From Myxococcales bacterium (GTDB lineage: Bacteria; Myxococcota_A; UBA9042; JABWCM01; BTVJ01), in contig BTVJ01000005.1 of NCBI GenBank assembly GCA_045863395.1, positions 1-64,000 on the forward strand: a stretch of 64,000 nt of DNA. The letters run 5' to 3'. Of the stretch, positions 50,631 to 61,027 are shown piece after piece. The position numbers and the translations under genes were made by a program. Each line of letters opens with the position of its first letter. Position 1 is the first letter of the stretch. Under the pieces are notes generated by a model. That model worked only from the letters and a program-made list of their open reading frames with translations. It had not been told where the DNA came from and searched no databases.

Positions 50631-51404
50631 TCACGGCGATGGGCGGTTGCGCTCCCAGAGGATCCGGAGGCCCTCCAGGGTGAGGAAGGGGAGCACCTCG
50701 TCGATGGTCTGGCTGTCCTCGCTGATCATCCCCGCGAGGCCTCCGGTGGCCAGGACGCGGCAGGGTACGCCAAGCTCTGCGCGCATACGCTCCACCAGGC
50801 CGTCGACCAGCGCCACGTATCCATAGTAGATACCGGACTGCATGCTCTCGACCGTGTTGCGCCCGATGACGTGGCGCGGGCGCAGCACCTCGACGCGCGG
50901 GAGCTTCGACGCGTGGTGGAACAGCGCGTCGGTCGACACGGCGGGCCCCGGCGCGATGGCTCCCCCCATGTACTTGCCGTCCTCGCTGACCGCATCGAAG
51001 GTGGTGGCGGTGCCGAAGTCGACGACGATGCATGTCCCCCGCACCGCCTCGTAGGCGGCGACGGCGTTGACGATGCGGTCCGCCCCCACCTCCCGCGGGT
51101 TCTCGACGAGGATGGGCATCCCGGTGCGAACGCCTGGCCCCACGACCAGCGGCGTCACCCCGAAGTAGCGCTGGCAGGTGCCCTCCAGCGTGCGGATCAT
51201 GGGCGGCACCACGCAGCTCACGATGGCCGCGCTCACCGCTCCCGCGTCCACCCCCGACCACGCGAACATCTGCCTCAAGAGGACGCCGTATTCGTCGCTC
51301 GCCCGGTTCTTGCGCGTCTCCACGCGCCAGTGCTCCACCAGGCGCTCCTGGTCGTACACACCGAACACGATGTTGGTGTTGCCAACGTCGATCACCAGCA
51401 GCAT
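50631..51404 (-). CDS. coaX: Type III pantothenate kinase
   Basis: 'IDVGNTN', '[10 protein letters not shown]', 'VDFGTATT', 'GGAIAPG', 'ATGG'. Confidence 0.96.
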   Translation of the reverse strand: MLLVIDVGNTNIVFGVYDQERLVEHWRVETRKNRASDEYGVLLRQMFAWSGVDAGAVSAAIVSCVVPPMIRTLEGTCQRYFGVTPLVVGPGVRTGMPILVENPREVGADRIVNAVAAYEAVRGTCIVVDFGTATTFDAVSEDGKYMGGAIAPGPAVSTDALFHHASKLPRVEVLRPRHVIGRNTVESMQSGIYYGYVALVDGLVERMRAELGVPCRVLATGGLAGMISEDSQTIDEVLPFLTLEGLRILWERNRPSP

Positions 51405-51407
51405 TCC

Positions 51408-52133
51408 CTACTCCCACTCCACGGGCACCACGTCGCCCGCCACCACGTCCAGGGTCCTACCGTCCATGGCCCGCACCACGAGCGCACCATCCTCCCTGAG
51501 GCCGACGGCTGTCGCCAGCACGGAGCCCTCCGGGAACCCGACCCTCACCACCCGATCCAGGCGCGCCCGGCGCACCCACGCGCCCGTGTCCACCATCCCA
51601 CCGGCGCCCTCGAATGCGGAGACACCAACGCGGAGGCGATCGAGGAGTGCCTGCAGCAGCGCCTCCCGGTCCACCGGGCGCCCGAGCTCCAGCGCAAGCG
51701 ACGTGGCGCGTTTGCTCAGCTCGGGCGGGATCTCGGCCAGGTTCGCATTGACGCCTACACCCACGATGACCGCCAGGGGGTCGACCCCCGCAAGCTCGGC
51801 GAGCACCCCCGCCGCCTTGCGCCCTCCCACGAGCAGGTCATTGGGCCACTTGAGCTCCACCTGGAGCCCCGGCGCAACCGCCTCCACCGCCTCTGCGAGG
51901 GCGACCGCGGCCACGATGGCGAGCCGCGGGGCGACGGCCACTGGCACGGCAGGGCGCAGGATGACCGACACGTACAGGTTCACGCCGGGCGGAGAGTACC
52001 AGGCGCGCCCGAGGCGCCCGCGCCCCCCTTCCTGGGCGTCGGCAACGACGGCGGTGAATGCGGGGGCGCCCGCCGCGGCCAGGGCTCCGGCCTCGGCGTT
52101 GGTGGACACGCAGGTCATGAGCCGGTGGATCAT
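51408..52133 (-). CDS. birA: Biotin--[acetyl-CoA carboxylase] ligase without HTH
   Basis: 'STN', 'Q.GGRGRLGRAW.SP', 'LKWPNDLL..KAAGVL', 'GVGVN'. Confidence 0.93.
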   Translation of the reverse strand: MIHRLMTCVSTNAEAGALAAAGAPAFTAVVADAQEGGRGRLGRAWYSPPGVNLYVSVILRPAVPVAVAPRLAIVAAVALAEAVEAVAPGLQVELKWPNDLLVGGRKAAGVLAELAGVDPLAVIVGVGVNANLAEIPPELSKRATSLALELGRPVDREALLQALLDRLRVGVSAFEGAGGMVDTGAWVRRARLDRVVRVGFPEGSVLATAVGLREDGALVVRAMDGRTLDVVAGDVVPVEWE

Positions 52134-52981
52134 GCGCCCTCCACGTCCAGGCTGATGTCGATGGAGCCCGCCGAGTGGGTCAGGGCCCCGGCGCTGATGA
52201 GGTCGACGCCGGGCAGCGCCAGCGAGCGCACCGTCTCCAGGGTGACGCCTCCCGAGACCTCGATGAGCGCCCTCCCCCGCGCGATGCGCACCGCCTCCGC
52301 CAGCGTGTCGCCGCGCATGTTGTCGAGGAGCACCGCCTCGGCCCCGCACGCGACCGCCTCCTCCACCTGGGCCAAGGTCTTGCACTCCACCTCGATGCGC
52401 AAGAGGTGCGGAGCGGCGGCCCTGGCGCGGCGCAGCGCCTCACCGACCCCCCCAGCGGCGGCCAGGTGGTTGTCCTTGATGAGGACCCCGCTGTCCAGGG
52501 CCCACCGGTGGTTGGCCCCACCACCGACGACAACGGCCATCTTCTCGAGCATCCGGTGCCCTGGCGTCGTCTTGCGCGTGTCGACGATGCGGGCGCCCGT
52601 CCCCTCCAGCTCACGCACGTAGCGGCGGGTCAGCGTGGCCACCCCGCTCAGCCGCTGGACGAAGTTCAGCGCCGTCCGCTCCGCCGTGAGGATCCCGCAG
52701 AGCGGTCCCTCCACGCGGGCGACCTCGACGCCCTCCACCACCTCGTCCCCGTCCTTGACCAGCGCCTCGAAGGCGGCGCGCGGCTCCACCCGCTGAAAGA
52801 CTCGGGCGGCGACAGGGAGCCCCGCGACCACGCACGCCTGCTTGGCTCGCATCACGGCGACGCCTCGCGCGCTCGGGTCCACCGTGGCGAGGGTCGTCAC
52901 GTCGCCGAGCCCGATGTCCTCCGCCAGAGCCAGGTCCAGGATCCGGTCGACCCGGTCCTTCATCGCTTCCTGCATCCACAT
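52130..52981 (-). CDS. nadC: Nicotinate-nucleotide pyrophosphorylase (carboxylating)
   Basis: 'AEDIGLGDVT', 'ERTALNF', 'DTRKTTPG', 'LIKDNH', 'LLDNM', 'GALTHSA'. Start could be 52963. Confidence 0.96.
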   Translation of the reverse strand: MWMQEAMKDRVDRILDLALAEDIGLGDVTTLATVDPSARGVAVMRAKQACVVAGLPVAARVFQRVEPRAAFEALVKDGDEVVEGVEVARVEGPLCGILTAERTALNFVQRLSGVATLTRRYVRELEGTGARIVDTRKTTPGHRMLEKMAVVVGGGANHRWALDSGVLIKDNHLAAAGGVGEALRRARAAAPHLLRIEVECKTLAQVEEAVACGAEAVLLDNMRGDTLAEAVRIARGRALIEVSGGVTLETVRSLALPGVDLISAGALTHSAGSIDISLDVEGA

Positions 52982-53010
52982 GGTCTCCACCGTCTCGAAG
53001 CAAGCCGGCT

Positions 53011-53496
53011 TCAGCCGGCGTGGTGGGGGCGCGGGTGGAGCGGCGACCAGGCGGCGAAGAGCGCAAGCTCCTCGGCCTCCATGGCGCGAGCCTCCGCTTC
53101 CTCTTCGTGGTCGCGGCCGAGCAGGTGCAGCACCCCGTGCACCAGCAGGAACGCGAGCTCCAGATCCGTGTCGTATCCGACCCCGCCCAGCTCCAGGTCC
53201 CTCGCCGAGGCCTGCCGCTCGGCGGTCTCCACCGACAGGATCACGTCCCCCAGAACACCGCCCGGGTTGAGGTCGCCGAACTCCCCCTCCCCCATGGCGA
53301 AGGACAACACGTCCGTGGGGGCGTCCTTGCCCCGATAGTCGCGGTTCAGACGCCGGATGCCCGCGTCGCTGACCAGCACGATGGACAGCTCGTCGTCAGC
53401 GCGGCCCAGGCGCTCCAGGATCTCCGCTGCCCGTGCCCTCAGGAGCCCCGTCGCGACCCTTCTCTTCCGCTGGCGGTTGCTCAACTCGACTGGCAT
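53011..53496 (-). CDS. ybeY: rRNA maturation endoribonuclease YbeY
   Basis: 'LNRDYRGKDAPTDVLSF', 'LGDVILS', 'HGVLHLLGRDH'. AGGAGG RBS. Confidence 0.95.
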   Translation of the reverse strand: MPVELSNRQRKRRVATGLLRARAAEILERLGRADDELSIVLVSDAGIRRLNRDYRGKDAPTDVLSFAMGEGEFGDLNPGGVLGDVILSVETAERQASARDLELGGVGYDTDLELAFLLVHGVLHLLGRDHEEEAEARAMEAEELALFAAWSPLHPRPHHAG

Positions 53497-56275
53497 CGCC
53501 GTCCTCCTTGCCTCGGCGCGGCTTCTTGCGCGCGGCTCCGTCCGGCGCCCCGGTGGACGTCGGCACCACTTGCGACACGCCGCCACCTCGGGCCCGCTGC
53601 CGCTCCTCTTCGCCGGGGATCTTCGGGTACTCCGGGCGCACGTGGTACATGCTGACGAGGATGCGCGTGAAGCTGCGCTCGATCTCGTGCAGGTCCCGCA
53701 GCGTCAGATCGCACTCGTCGAGCTGCCCGTCGATGAACTTCCCGTTGATGATCTTCTTGACCAGCCCCTTGATGCGCGCGGGCGTCGGCTCGGGCAGCGA
53801 CCGCGCCGCCGCCTCGACGCCGTCGGCCAGCATGACCAGCGCGGTCTCCCGCTTCTGCGGCCGGGGCCCCGGGTAGCGATAGTCCGCCTCATCGACCTCC
53901 TCCACGGTCGCCATCTCCTTGGCGCGCGCGTAGAAGTACCCGATGAGCGCGGTCCCGTGGTGCTGCGGCACGAAGTCCACGATGTCCTGGGGCAGCCGGT
54001 GCCCCCGTGCGATCTCGATGCCGTCCTTCACGTGGCTCTTGATGATCAGGGCGCTCATCTGCGGCTTGAGCTTGTCGTGCGGGTTCTCGCCTGCCTGATT
54101 CTCTGCGAAATACCTCGGGTTCCGCATCTTGCCGAGGTCGTGGTAGTAGGCCCCCACCCGCGTGAGCAGCGGGTTGGCCCCGATGGTCTCAGCCGCCGCC
54201 TCCGCCAGATTTCCCACCATGACGCTGTGGTGGTAGGTGCCCGGCGCCTTCATGGAGAGCTCCTTGAGCGCGGGCTGCGTGATGTTCGCCAGCTCCAGCA
54301 GCTTGATGTCCGTCGTGTAGCCGAACCCGTACTCGAGCGCCGGCGTCAGGGCGAGTACGAGCAGATAGTTGAGCACCCCGCCGACCACTCCGGCCAGCGC
54401 CATGGAGAGGAGGGTCGTGTCCAGCCGCCCCGAGTGGATCACGGCGAGGGTGACGACCACCACGGCGTTGACCGCGCCGACGAAGAAGCCGGCCCGCAGG
54501 AGCGAGGTGCGCTGCCGGATGTCGTGCATCGCGTAGGTGCCGGCCAGGCTGGTCAGCAGCGCATAGACCACGACGATCTGCGGGAGGCTGTTCTCCCAGT
54601 CGGGCAGTACGCGCTCGTGGAAGGCCAGGCCCACCAGAAGGGAGACGAGCACCGAGAAGAAGACGGCGGCCTCCACCGACAGGAAGAGCCGGACCAGCAT
54701 GGCCCCCATGCCGAACGGGATAGCCAGGTAGAAGGCGATCTCGGGAACGCTCTCCCACACGGTGAGCACGCCGTCCATCACCTGCGCCAGCATCTCCACC
54801 AGCGCCACCTGCACCAGCGCGACGAGCCCGAACAACGCCAGGTCCCTGTCTCCCCGGAGCATCTTTCGCACGTCGCGGCTGGAGAACAGCCACAGGAACG
54901 CGAACACCAGCACACAAAACGCGAGCAGCCCGCCGACGACCACCAGGCGGTTCGTCTGGCTCTGCGCCTCGACCATCGCCTTGAGGACGGCGACGTCGTC
55001 CTCGGTGACCCTCTCGCCACGGGCCACGATCTTCTGTCCCTTCTGGTAGGAGACGCGGGTCACGGGCTCCACGGCCCGCCGCGCTCTCTCGATCTCGTCC
55101 TTGGTGGCGCGCGCGTCGTAGACGTAGTTCTCGTCGATCATGGCCGACGCGATCTCGACCAGGGAGTTCTGCTGCCGGGGACCCAGGACCAGGGCCTCCT
55201 GAGGCATCTGATCCGGCGGCCGCGCCAGCAGGTCGGCCAGCAGCGTCCGCGCCCGCTCTGCCGCCAGGGTCCGCGCTGTGTCCAGCTCGACGAACAGGTC
55301 GAGATCATCGACGGTGAACACCGTCTGCTGGGTGGGGTCTCGGACCCCCCTGCGCAGCCGGTCCTCGAGCTGGTACCGCATGCGGACGATGCGGTTCTCC
55401 ATCACCCCCTTGATCACCTGCTTGATCACGCGCTCGCCGGCCTCGTCGAAGCCTTGCTGCACCAGCGCGGCGAAGTCGTCCGCGTCGAAGGTCGGCCCCA
55501 ATCGCAGGATGTCCTGGAACTGGAGCTGGAGCTTCCCGACGGCGTCCTCGAAGGCCGCCAGCTCCGTGCGCACCGCGGCTTCGTGATCCGTGACCTTCGC
55601 CGCGATGAGCTGGTCGATCTCTGTGAGCTCCGCCACAAAGTCGCGCGTCGGGAGCGGCGGAGGCTCCGCCTCGACGACCGGCGCGGTCCCATCGGCGCCG
55701 GCGTCGCCGGAGCCTGCTGGCTCCTTTGGCACATCGCCTGCCGGGGCCTCCTCCCGCTCCTTGCGCCTCTCGTCGTGTTCCAGGCGGAGGCGCTCGTGCT
55801 CCACCTGCTCCGCCTGGATGGCCTCCCGTCGCGCCTCGAGCTGCAGCCGAGTGGTCTCGAGGTCCGCCTTGAGCTCTGCGAGGCGAGCGCGGTGGGCACG
55901 AACCACGGGTCGAGCCACCTCATACGCGCGCCCCACCAGCTCGAGGGCGTGGTCGCGCTTCTCCGGCAGCGAGCGATAGATCGGGAGGACCTGCTCCTCG
56001 GCAGCCTGCCGCTGCGCCTCGACCAGAGGGTTCGGGCGCTCGAACGGGAAGTCGATGGTCGCATCCCAGTTGCGCGCCGCGATGACGCCGACCCGCGGCA
56101 GCTCCTGGTCCCGGAGCTTGGGCCCGAGCAGGGTCACGATGGCGCCGATGATGAAGACGGCATAGAGGACGCGCAGGACGGGGTTGTCCGGCGACCACGA
56201 GCGCCACGACGCCTTCCCCTTGCCCTCGGCGAGCCGGCGCAGGGTGGTGGTCTTCTTGCGGATCTTGTCCATCAT
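53396..56275 (-). CDS. 7TM-HD phosphohydrolase (PgpH-like c-di-AMP phosphodiesterase)
   Basis: Large extracellular 7TMR-HDED-like region, TM block, 'APGTYHHS', 'YYHDLGK', 'QHHGT', 'YRYPGPRP', 'MLAD'. Confidence 0.92.
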   Translation of the reverse strand: MMDKIRKKTTTLRRLAEGKGKASWRSWSPDNPVLRVLYAVFIIGAIVTLLGPKLRDQELPRVGVIAARNWDATIDFPFERPNPLVEAQRQAAEEQVLPIYRSLPEKRDHALELVGRAYEVARPVVRAHRARLAELKADLETTRLQLEARREAIQAEQVEHERLRLEHDERRKEREEAPAGDVPKEPAGSGDAGADGTAPVVEAEPPPLPTRDFVAELTEIDQLIAAKVTDHEAAVRTELAAFEDAVGKLQLQFQDILRLGPTFDADDFAALVQQGFDEAGERVIKQVIKGVMENRIVRMRYQLEDRLRRGVRDPTQQTVFTVDDLDLFVELDTARTLAAERARTLLADLLARPPDQMPQEALVLGPRQQNSLVEIASAMIDENYVYDARATKDEIERARRAVEPVTRVSYQKGQKIVARGERVTEDDVAVLKAMVEAQSQTNRLVVVGGLLAFCVLVFAFLWLFSSRDVRKMLRGDRDLALFGLVALVQVALVEMLAQVMDGVLTVWESVPEIAFYLAIPFGMGAMLVRLFLSVEAAVFFSVLVSLLVGLAFHERVLPDWENSLPQIVVVYALLTSLAGTYAMHDIRQRTSLLRAGFFVGAVNAVVVVTLAVIHSGRLDTTLLSMALAGVVGGVLNYLLVLALTPALEYGFGYTTDIKLLELANITQPALKELSMKAPGTYHHSVMVGNLAEAAAETIGANPLLTRVGAYYHDLGKMRNPRYFAENQAGENPHDKLKPQMSALIIKSHVKDGIEIARGHRLPQDIVDFVPQHHGTALIGYFYARAKEMATVEEVDEADYRYPGPRPQKRETALVMLADGVEAAARSLPEPTPARIKGLVKKIINGKFIDGQLDECDLTLRDLHEIERSFTRILVSMYHVRPEYPKIPGEEERQRARGGGVSQVVPTSTGAPDGAARKKPRRGKEDGDASRVEQPPAEEKGRDGAPEGTGSGDPGAPGPR

Positions 56276-56332
56276 GGCAGGACCGACCGTACATCGACCG
56301 CCGCGCAGGGTCAATGTGCGGGAGGGCGCCCC

Positions 56333-56776
56333 CTACTGCCCGTTCTTCACGAGGGTGACGACCGTGCCTCGGGGCAGGTTGGGCCGGATGCTGACCTCGT
56401 CCACGAGCTGCTGCATGCGCCGGAGACCACAGGCGTCGCCCACGTCGTCGCCACGCCCCTGGATCAGCAGCCGGTAGGGGAACCCATCCCCCCGATCGAC
56501 GACCTCGACGATGATCCGGGACTCCCCGGGGTAGAAGCGGACCTCGACCGCCCCGTCCCGGATGCGCCGGTACGCATGGGCCGTGGCGTTGTCGAAGGCC
56601 TCCCCCACGGCGCGCGCCAGGTCCTCGGCCCCTGACACGTCAATTCCCCCCTGCCCGGCGAGCTCCCTGGCCGTCGACACGAGGACCCCCCGGTACTGGG
56701 GCGTCGCAGGCGTTCTCAGGATCACTGCGTCGACCACCTCCGCGCGCTGCACGGTGGTCTGCCTCCAGGTGGTCAT
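56333..56776 (-). CDS. RsbW-like anti-sigma / HATPase_c_2 protein
   Basis: 'AVGEAFDNA..HAY', 'VVDRGDGF', 'MQQLVDEV', 'GTVVTLVK'. Confidence 0.82.
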   Translation of the reverse strand: MTTWRQTTVQRAEVVDAVILRTPATPQYRGVLVSTARELAGQGGIDVSGAEDLARAVGEAFDNATAHAYRRIRDGAVEVRFYPGESRIIVEVVDRGDGFPYRLLIQGRGDDVGDACGLRRMQQLVDEVSIRPNLPRGTVVTLVKNGQ

Positions 56777-56855
56777 GCGGGGCCTCCTGTCGCACGGGTC
56801 ACGGGGGTCAATCGGTCGGGCGCGCGAAAGGGTTTAGAGGCCATCGCACTTGCCA

Positions 56856-58364
56856 TCAGTCGTAGTAGAACGGGTTGGCCCGCCCGAAGGTAGCGGCCCC
56901 GAACAGGTTGACGACGACGCCGATCAGGATCAAGGCGATGAAACCCCGGCCGATGTGTCGCCGGTCGATGGCGAGCATGGCGATGAGATAGGGGGTCCAG
57001 TCGAGGCTGAACCGGTAACCGAACTGCGCCCACCCCGTGTTCTGGTAGAGCGCCGCGGGCACGGACACGCAGAGCACGGTGATCAAGAGGGACCACCACA
57101 GGGTGGACTTGGGCCCCCTCGGCCAGAGCAGCGCCAGGAACGCCGGGGTGGTGGCGATGAGCCCCAGGCCGTGCCTCGTCACCTGAACGAAGGGCTGCTC
57201 GAATGAGAAGACGGGCATGTTCGTGAGCATGGCGCTCAGGTTCCGGTTCAGGAACCAGAAGCTGAACAGCCCGTGCTCCCGGATGGCGGGGCGGGCCCCC
57301 TCTACCAGGTAGGTGTGACCGAACTCGAAGGGCGCCCCGAAGCGCGCGGTGTTGAACCACATGATGGCGAGGCCCCCGATGATGCCCGGGACGGAGAACC
57401 ACGCGAGCTTGCGCGCCATGGCAGCCCACCCGATGCGCTCGCCGTCCTCGCGGCGGGCCCACCAGAGCTGCAGCAGGAAGAACGGCGTGGCGAAGAGGAT
57501 CGGAGTGCGGGTCGCGAACCCGAGCACCAGGAAGGCCCCGGCGAGCAGGGGGTGCCGGGCGTCGAGGGAGGCGAGGATGTAGGCGGTGTTGAGCGTCAAC
57601 CCGATCACGAGGGCGGTGAACCACACCTCACCGCGGACGGAGCTGAAGAACGCGACGGTCCCGAACGCGAACAGCACGGTGAGCCACAGGTGCTCGCGGA
57701 GCTGGCGCTCCGAGTGGCCGCGCCGCGAGAGCACGCGCATCATCCCGAAGATCAGCACGGCGTTGAGCGCCGCAAAGAGGATGGTCACGAGCACGTCGTT
57801 GACGTGGTAGCCCCAGATGGCGACGAGCGGCATCATGACGAGGCTCGGGACCGGGGGGAATGAGATGTAGTAGCGCACCTCGTCGCACTTCTTGTGCTTC
57901 GCCGTCGGGTCGCACCCCCGCGCGATGTCGGTCGCCGGGTCGATGCGCATCCACTCGCCGGTCAGCGTCCGGAACTCCCGGCGCTTGTCGCCCTTGTCGT
58001 CCTTCCAGGGCCACACCCCCGCCACGGTCTCGCCGCTGTTCAGGGTGAGCACCCGGTAGCTGGCCCAGTCGTTCCACCCGATGGCCTTGCCGTCGGGGCC
58101 CGTCAGCGCCCGGTCGATGGCCTCCCGATAGCCAGGAGGATCGTCGGGCTTCGCAGGACCGCCCAGGCGCTGGCGAGGGGTGTCGGTGTCGAGGCGGCCG
58201 TTCAGGAACGACCAGGCCATGTCGACGAAGTGGAAGTGAGGCGAGGGCTGCTTCACCCGGTCCCAGGACACGAGCGCATAGACCCCCGCGACGACGGCGA
58301 AGATGGCCGCAAACAGCGCCCACTGGCGCCAGATCGAGGTCGGTACGACGGGGCCGTCTTGCAC
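56856..58364 (-). CDS. Multi-pass membrane protein, GT-C glycosyltransferase-like
   Basis: 'HFVDMAWSFLNGRL', 'YYISFPP.P', many TM helices, 'GWAQFGYRFSLD'. Confidence 0.7.
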   Translation of the reverse strand: MQDGPVVPTSIWRQWALFAAIFAVVAGVYALVSWDRVKQPSPHFHFVDMAWSFLNGRLDTDTPRQRLGGPAKPDDPPGYREAIDRALTGPDGKAIGWNDWASYRVLTLNSGETVAGVWPWKDDKGDKRREFRTLTGEWMRIDPATDIARGCDPTAKHKKCDEVRYYISFPPVPSLVMMPLVAIWGYHVNDVLVTILFAALNAVLIFGMMRVLSRRGHSERQLREHLWLTVLFAFGTVAFFSSVRGEVWFTALVIGLTLNTAYILASLDARHPLLAGAFLVLGFATRTPILFATPFFLLQLWWARREDGERIGWAAMARKLAWFSVPGIIGGLAIMWFNTARFGAPFEFGHTYLVEGARPAIREHGLFSFWFLNRNLSAMLTNMPVFSFEQPFVQVTRHGLGLIATTPAFLALLWPRGPKSTLWWSLLITVLCVSVPAALYQNTGWAQFGYRFSLDWTPYLIAMLAIDRRHIGRGFIALILIGVVVNLFGAATFGRANPFYYD

Positions 58365-58394
58365 GATGCTCTCCAGAGCTCCGGAGCGGCGCGT

Positions 58395-58423
58395 ACCCTA
58401 CAAAGGGCGCCCAACCCTGTCAA
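58395..58423 (-). promoter_or_regulatory. sigma70-like promoter
   Basis: TTGACA, 17 nt, TAGGGT on the minus strand upstream of the GT-C-like gene. Confidence 0.45.
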
Positions 58424-58485
58424 TTGAGCGAGGCGGAAGCGAACAGCCGTGACATGGGTCCGCATCGCGGGTAGAGTCACCCGCC

Positions 58486-58668
58486 ATGAAGCAGGGCTCC
58501 ATCATGTGGATCGTGGTCTTCGTGGTGCTGGTCGCAGCGCTCTTCGTCGTGCTGCGGTTCGCGCTGAAGGCGCTCAGCGCGCTCCTCTACTACGGTGTCA
58601 TGCTCGGGGCCGCCGTCGTGCTCGCGCTGGTGATCCTCGGCTGGCTCCGTCGAGGCAAGACCAAGTGA
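58486..58668 (+). CDS. Small two-TM membrane protein
   Basis: Two hydrophobic helices and a basic tail. GTGA overlap with the next gene. Confidence 0.7.
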   Translation: MKQGSIMWIVVFVVLVAALFVVLRFALKALSALLYYGVMLGAAVVLALVILGWLRRGKTK

Positions 58669-59561
58669 CCCCCGCGCGTGTCTCCCCCCTCATCGTCCTC
58701 CTGGTCCTCGGATGCGCCCTGCCCGCAGCGGCCCAGCTCCGCGAGGCCGCGGCCGGCATGGGCGCCCTCGGCAAGGCCGACTCCGTCCGTGCGTCGGGCT
58801 ACGCCAACGACGGCATCTACTTCAACCCGGCAGGCCTGGCTCAGGTCATGATGTACTCCATCGAGACCGGGTACACCTATCAGAACGAGGTGGCGGGCCA
58901 CGTCTTCGACGTCTCCATCGCCGACAGCGCGACCAACGAGTACATCGCTGTGGGGCTGGCCTACTCCTACTTCGACACGGCCCAGGTGCCGGGCTTCACG
59001 GTCCCCGGGACCGACTCGAGGGTCGGCCACCAGCTCCGCGCCGCGCTGGCGTCGGGCTATCGGGCCAAGGACTTCAGCGCCTTCGTCGGCGTCGGCGTCC
59101 GCTGGATCAACCTGACCCTGGCCGACCGGAGCGCCGTGGACCCGGTCACCATGGACGCGGGCATCCTCCTCGTCATCAAGAACCTGATCCGCATCGGCGT
59201 CACCGGCCACAACCTCATCGAGCACCCAGACGAGCGCCACGAGGTGCCCCGCCAGATCGGCACCGGCGTGTCCGTGGCACTGTCGGGCTTCCTCGCAGAG
59301 TTCGACGCAGTCGTCGACTTCGACACGCGGTCGGAGACCATGGCCCAGTACAGCGTCGGCCTGGAGTACGACATTGCCCAGATGCTGCCCATCCGCGCGG
59401 GTTACATGTACAGCGGGGTCCTCGACCGGCACCGCATCGCCGTGGGCGTCGGGTACTACTCCCAGATCGTGGGCGTGGACGTGGGCTACCTCCAGGACGT
59501 CTCCAGCGCCGACAAGAGCGACGCCACCGTCGGCCTCGACCTGCGCATCTTCCTGCCGTAG
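58665..59561 (+). CDS. Outer-membrane beta-barrel protein (FadL/PorV-like N-terminus)
   Basis: Signal peptide, 'GMGALG..A..NDGIYFNPAGLA', amphipathic strands ending 'VGLDLRIFLP'. Confidence 0.78.
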   Translation: MTPARVSPLIVLLVLGCALPAAAQLREAAAGMGALGKADSVRASGYANDGIYFNPAGLAQVMMYSIETGYTYQNEVAGHVFDVSIADSATNEYIAVGLAYSYFDTAQVPGFTVPGTDSRVGHQLRAALASGYRAKDFSAFVGVGVRWINLTLADRSAVDPVTMDAGILLVIKNLIRIGVTGHNLIEHPDERHEVPRQIGTGVSVALSGFLAEFDAVVDFDTRSETMAQYSVGLEYDIAQMLPIRAGYMYSGVLDRHRIAVGVGYYSQIVGVDVGYLQDVSSADKSDATVGLDLRIFLP

Positions 59562-59642
59562 CCAGCACATCGGACGGGGGGCCGCGGGGGCCCGGGGCGC
59601 GCCCCGGATGAGCCACGCGCTGGGCTACGGCCCTCGCGCGGC

Positions 59643-59671
59643 TTGACACCCCGAGGCAGCTTCACTATACA
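59643..59671 (+). promoter_or_regulatory. sigma70-like promoter of metK
   Basis: TTGACA, 17 nt, TATACA. Confidence 0.7.
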
Positions 59672-59754
59672 GCGGTTCCTTTCGCCGGACCGCAGCCCCG
59701 AAGGTCGCGCGCCGCAGCGAGCGCTCGAACATCGTGCCGTACAGGAGGTGGCCC

Positions 59755-60924
59755 TTGGCCCTCGACAACTTCGTCTTCACCAGTGAGTCCGTCACCGAGG
59801 GGCACCCCGACAAGGTGGCCGATCAGATCTCCGACGCCGTCCTCGACGCGATCCTGGAGCACGATCCCGCTGGGCGCGTGGCCTGCGAGACGCTGGTCAC
59901 CACCGGCCTCGCGCTGATCGCGGGCGAGATCACCACGAGCTGCTACGTCGACATGCCCGAGATCGTCCGGGAGACCATCCGGGACATCGGCTACACCGAC
60001 GCTTCGATGGGCTTCGACTTCGAGACCTGTGCGGTGCTGACCTCCATCGACAAGCAGTCGCCGGACATCTCGCAGGGGGTGACCCGGACCCTGGAGCAGA
60101 TCCTGGATCAGGGCGCCGGCGACCAGGGCCTGATGTTCGGCTACGCCATCGACGAGACCCCCGAGCGCATGCCGCTGCCCATCATGCTGGCCCACGCCGT
60201 GACGCGGCGCCTGTCCGCCACCCGGAAGGACGGTACCCTGCCCTGGGCGCGCCCGGACGGCAAGTCCCAGGTGACCATCGAGTACCGCAACGGGCGGCCG
60301 CACCGCATCGACGCGGTCGTCGTGTCCACGCAGCACACGGAGGCCGTGACCCACAACGCCATTCGGGAGGCGATCATCGAGACGGTGATCAAGCCGGTCA
60401 TCCCAGCGGAGCTGATCGACGCCGACACCAAGTACTACGTCAACCCGACGGGGCGCTTCGTGGTCGGTGGCCCCAAGGGCGACTGCGGCCTGACCGGCCG
60501 CAAGATCATCGTGGACACCTATGGCGGCTGGGCGCGCCACGGCGGCGGGGCCTTCAGCGGCAAGGACCCGAGCAAGGTGGACCGCAGCGCCACCTACTAC
60601 GCCCGCTATGCGGCCCGCAACGTTCTGGCGGCGGGCCTCGCGACCCAGTGCGAGGTGCAGGTCGCATACGCCATCGGGGTGGCGGACCCGGTGAGCGTGC
60701 GCGTCGACTCCTTCGGCACGGGCATCGTGCCCGACGAGCGCATCGCTGCCGCGGTGCGAGAGGTCTTCGACTTCCGACCCGCGTCGATCATCCGCCAGCT
60801 CGACCTGCTGCGCCCCATCTATCGCCAGACGGCCGCCTATGGCCACTTCGGGCGCTCCGAGTCCTCTTTTACGTGGGAGCGCGAGGACCGCGCCGACGCC
60901 CTCCGGGACGCCGCCAGGCTCTGA
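59755..60924 (+). CDS. metK: S-adenosylmethionine synthetase
   Basis: '[13 protein letters not shown]', 'GAGDQG', 'GGGAFSGKD', 'YGHFGR'. TTG start after AGGAGG. Confidence 0.98.
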   Translation: MALDNFVFTSESVTEGHPDKVADQISDAVLDAILEHDPAGRVACETLVTTGLALIAGEITTSCYVDMPEIVRETIRDIGYTDASMGFDFETCAVLTSIDKQSPDISQGVTRTLEQILDQGAGDQGLMFGYAIDETPERMPLPIMLAHAVTRRLSATRKDGTLPWARPDGKSQVTIEYRNGRPHRIDAVVVSTQHTEAVTHNAIREAIIETVIKPVIPAELIDADTKYYVNPTGRFVVGGPKGDCGLTGRKIIVDTYGGWARHGGGAFSGKDPSKVDRSATYYARYAARNVLAAGLATQCEVQVAYAIGVADPVSVRVDSFGTGIVPDERIAAAVREVFDFRPASIIRQLDLLRPIYRQTAAYGHFGRSESSFTWEREDRADALRDAARL

Positions 60925-60940
60925 GCCTCGAACGAGGCGC

Positions 60941-60969
60941 TTGACAATCCTGGACCCGGGAAATATAAA
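60941..60969 (+). promoter_or_regulatory. sigma70-like promoter of rplM-rpsI
   Basis: TTGACA, 17 nt, TATAAA. Confidence 0.75.
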
Positions 60970-61027
60970 GCCCGACTTCGCGCGGTGGACGACCCTCCGC
61001 GCCTCGCTTCGAGTGAAGGACACAGCC

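Noticed and set aside
59672..59754. SAM riboswitch in the metK leader
   Set aside because: Only a short GC hairpin. No SAM-I or SAM-II consensus recognisable.
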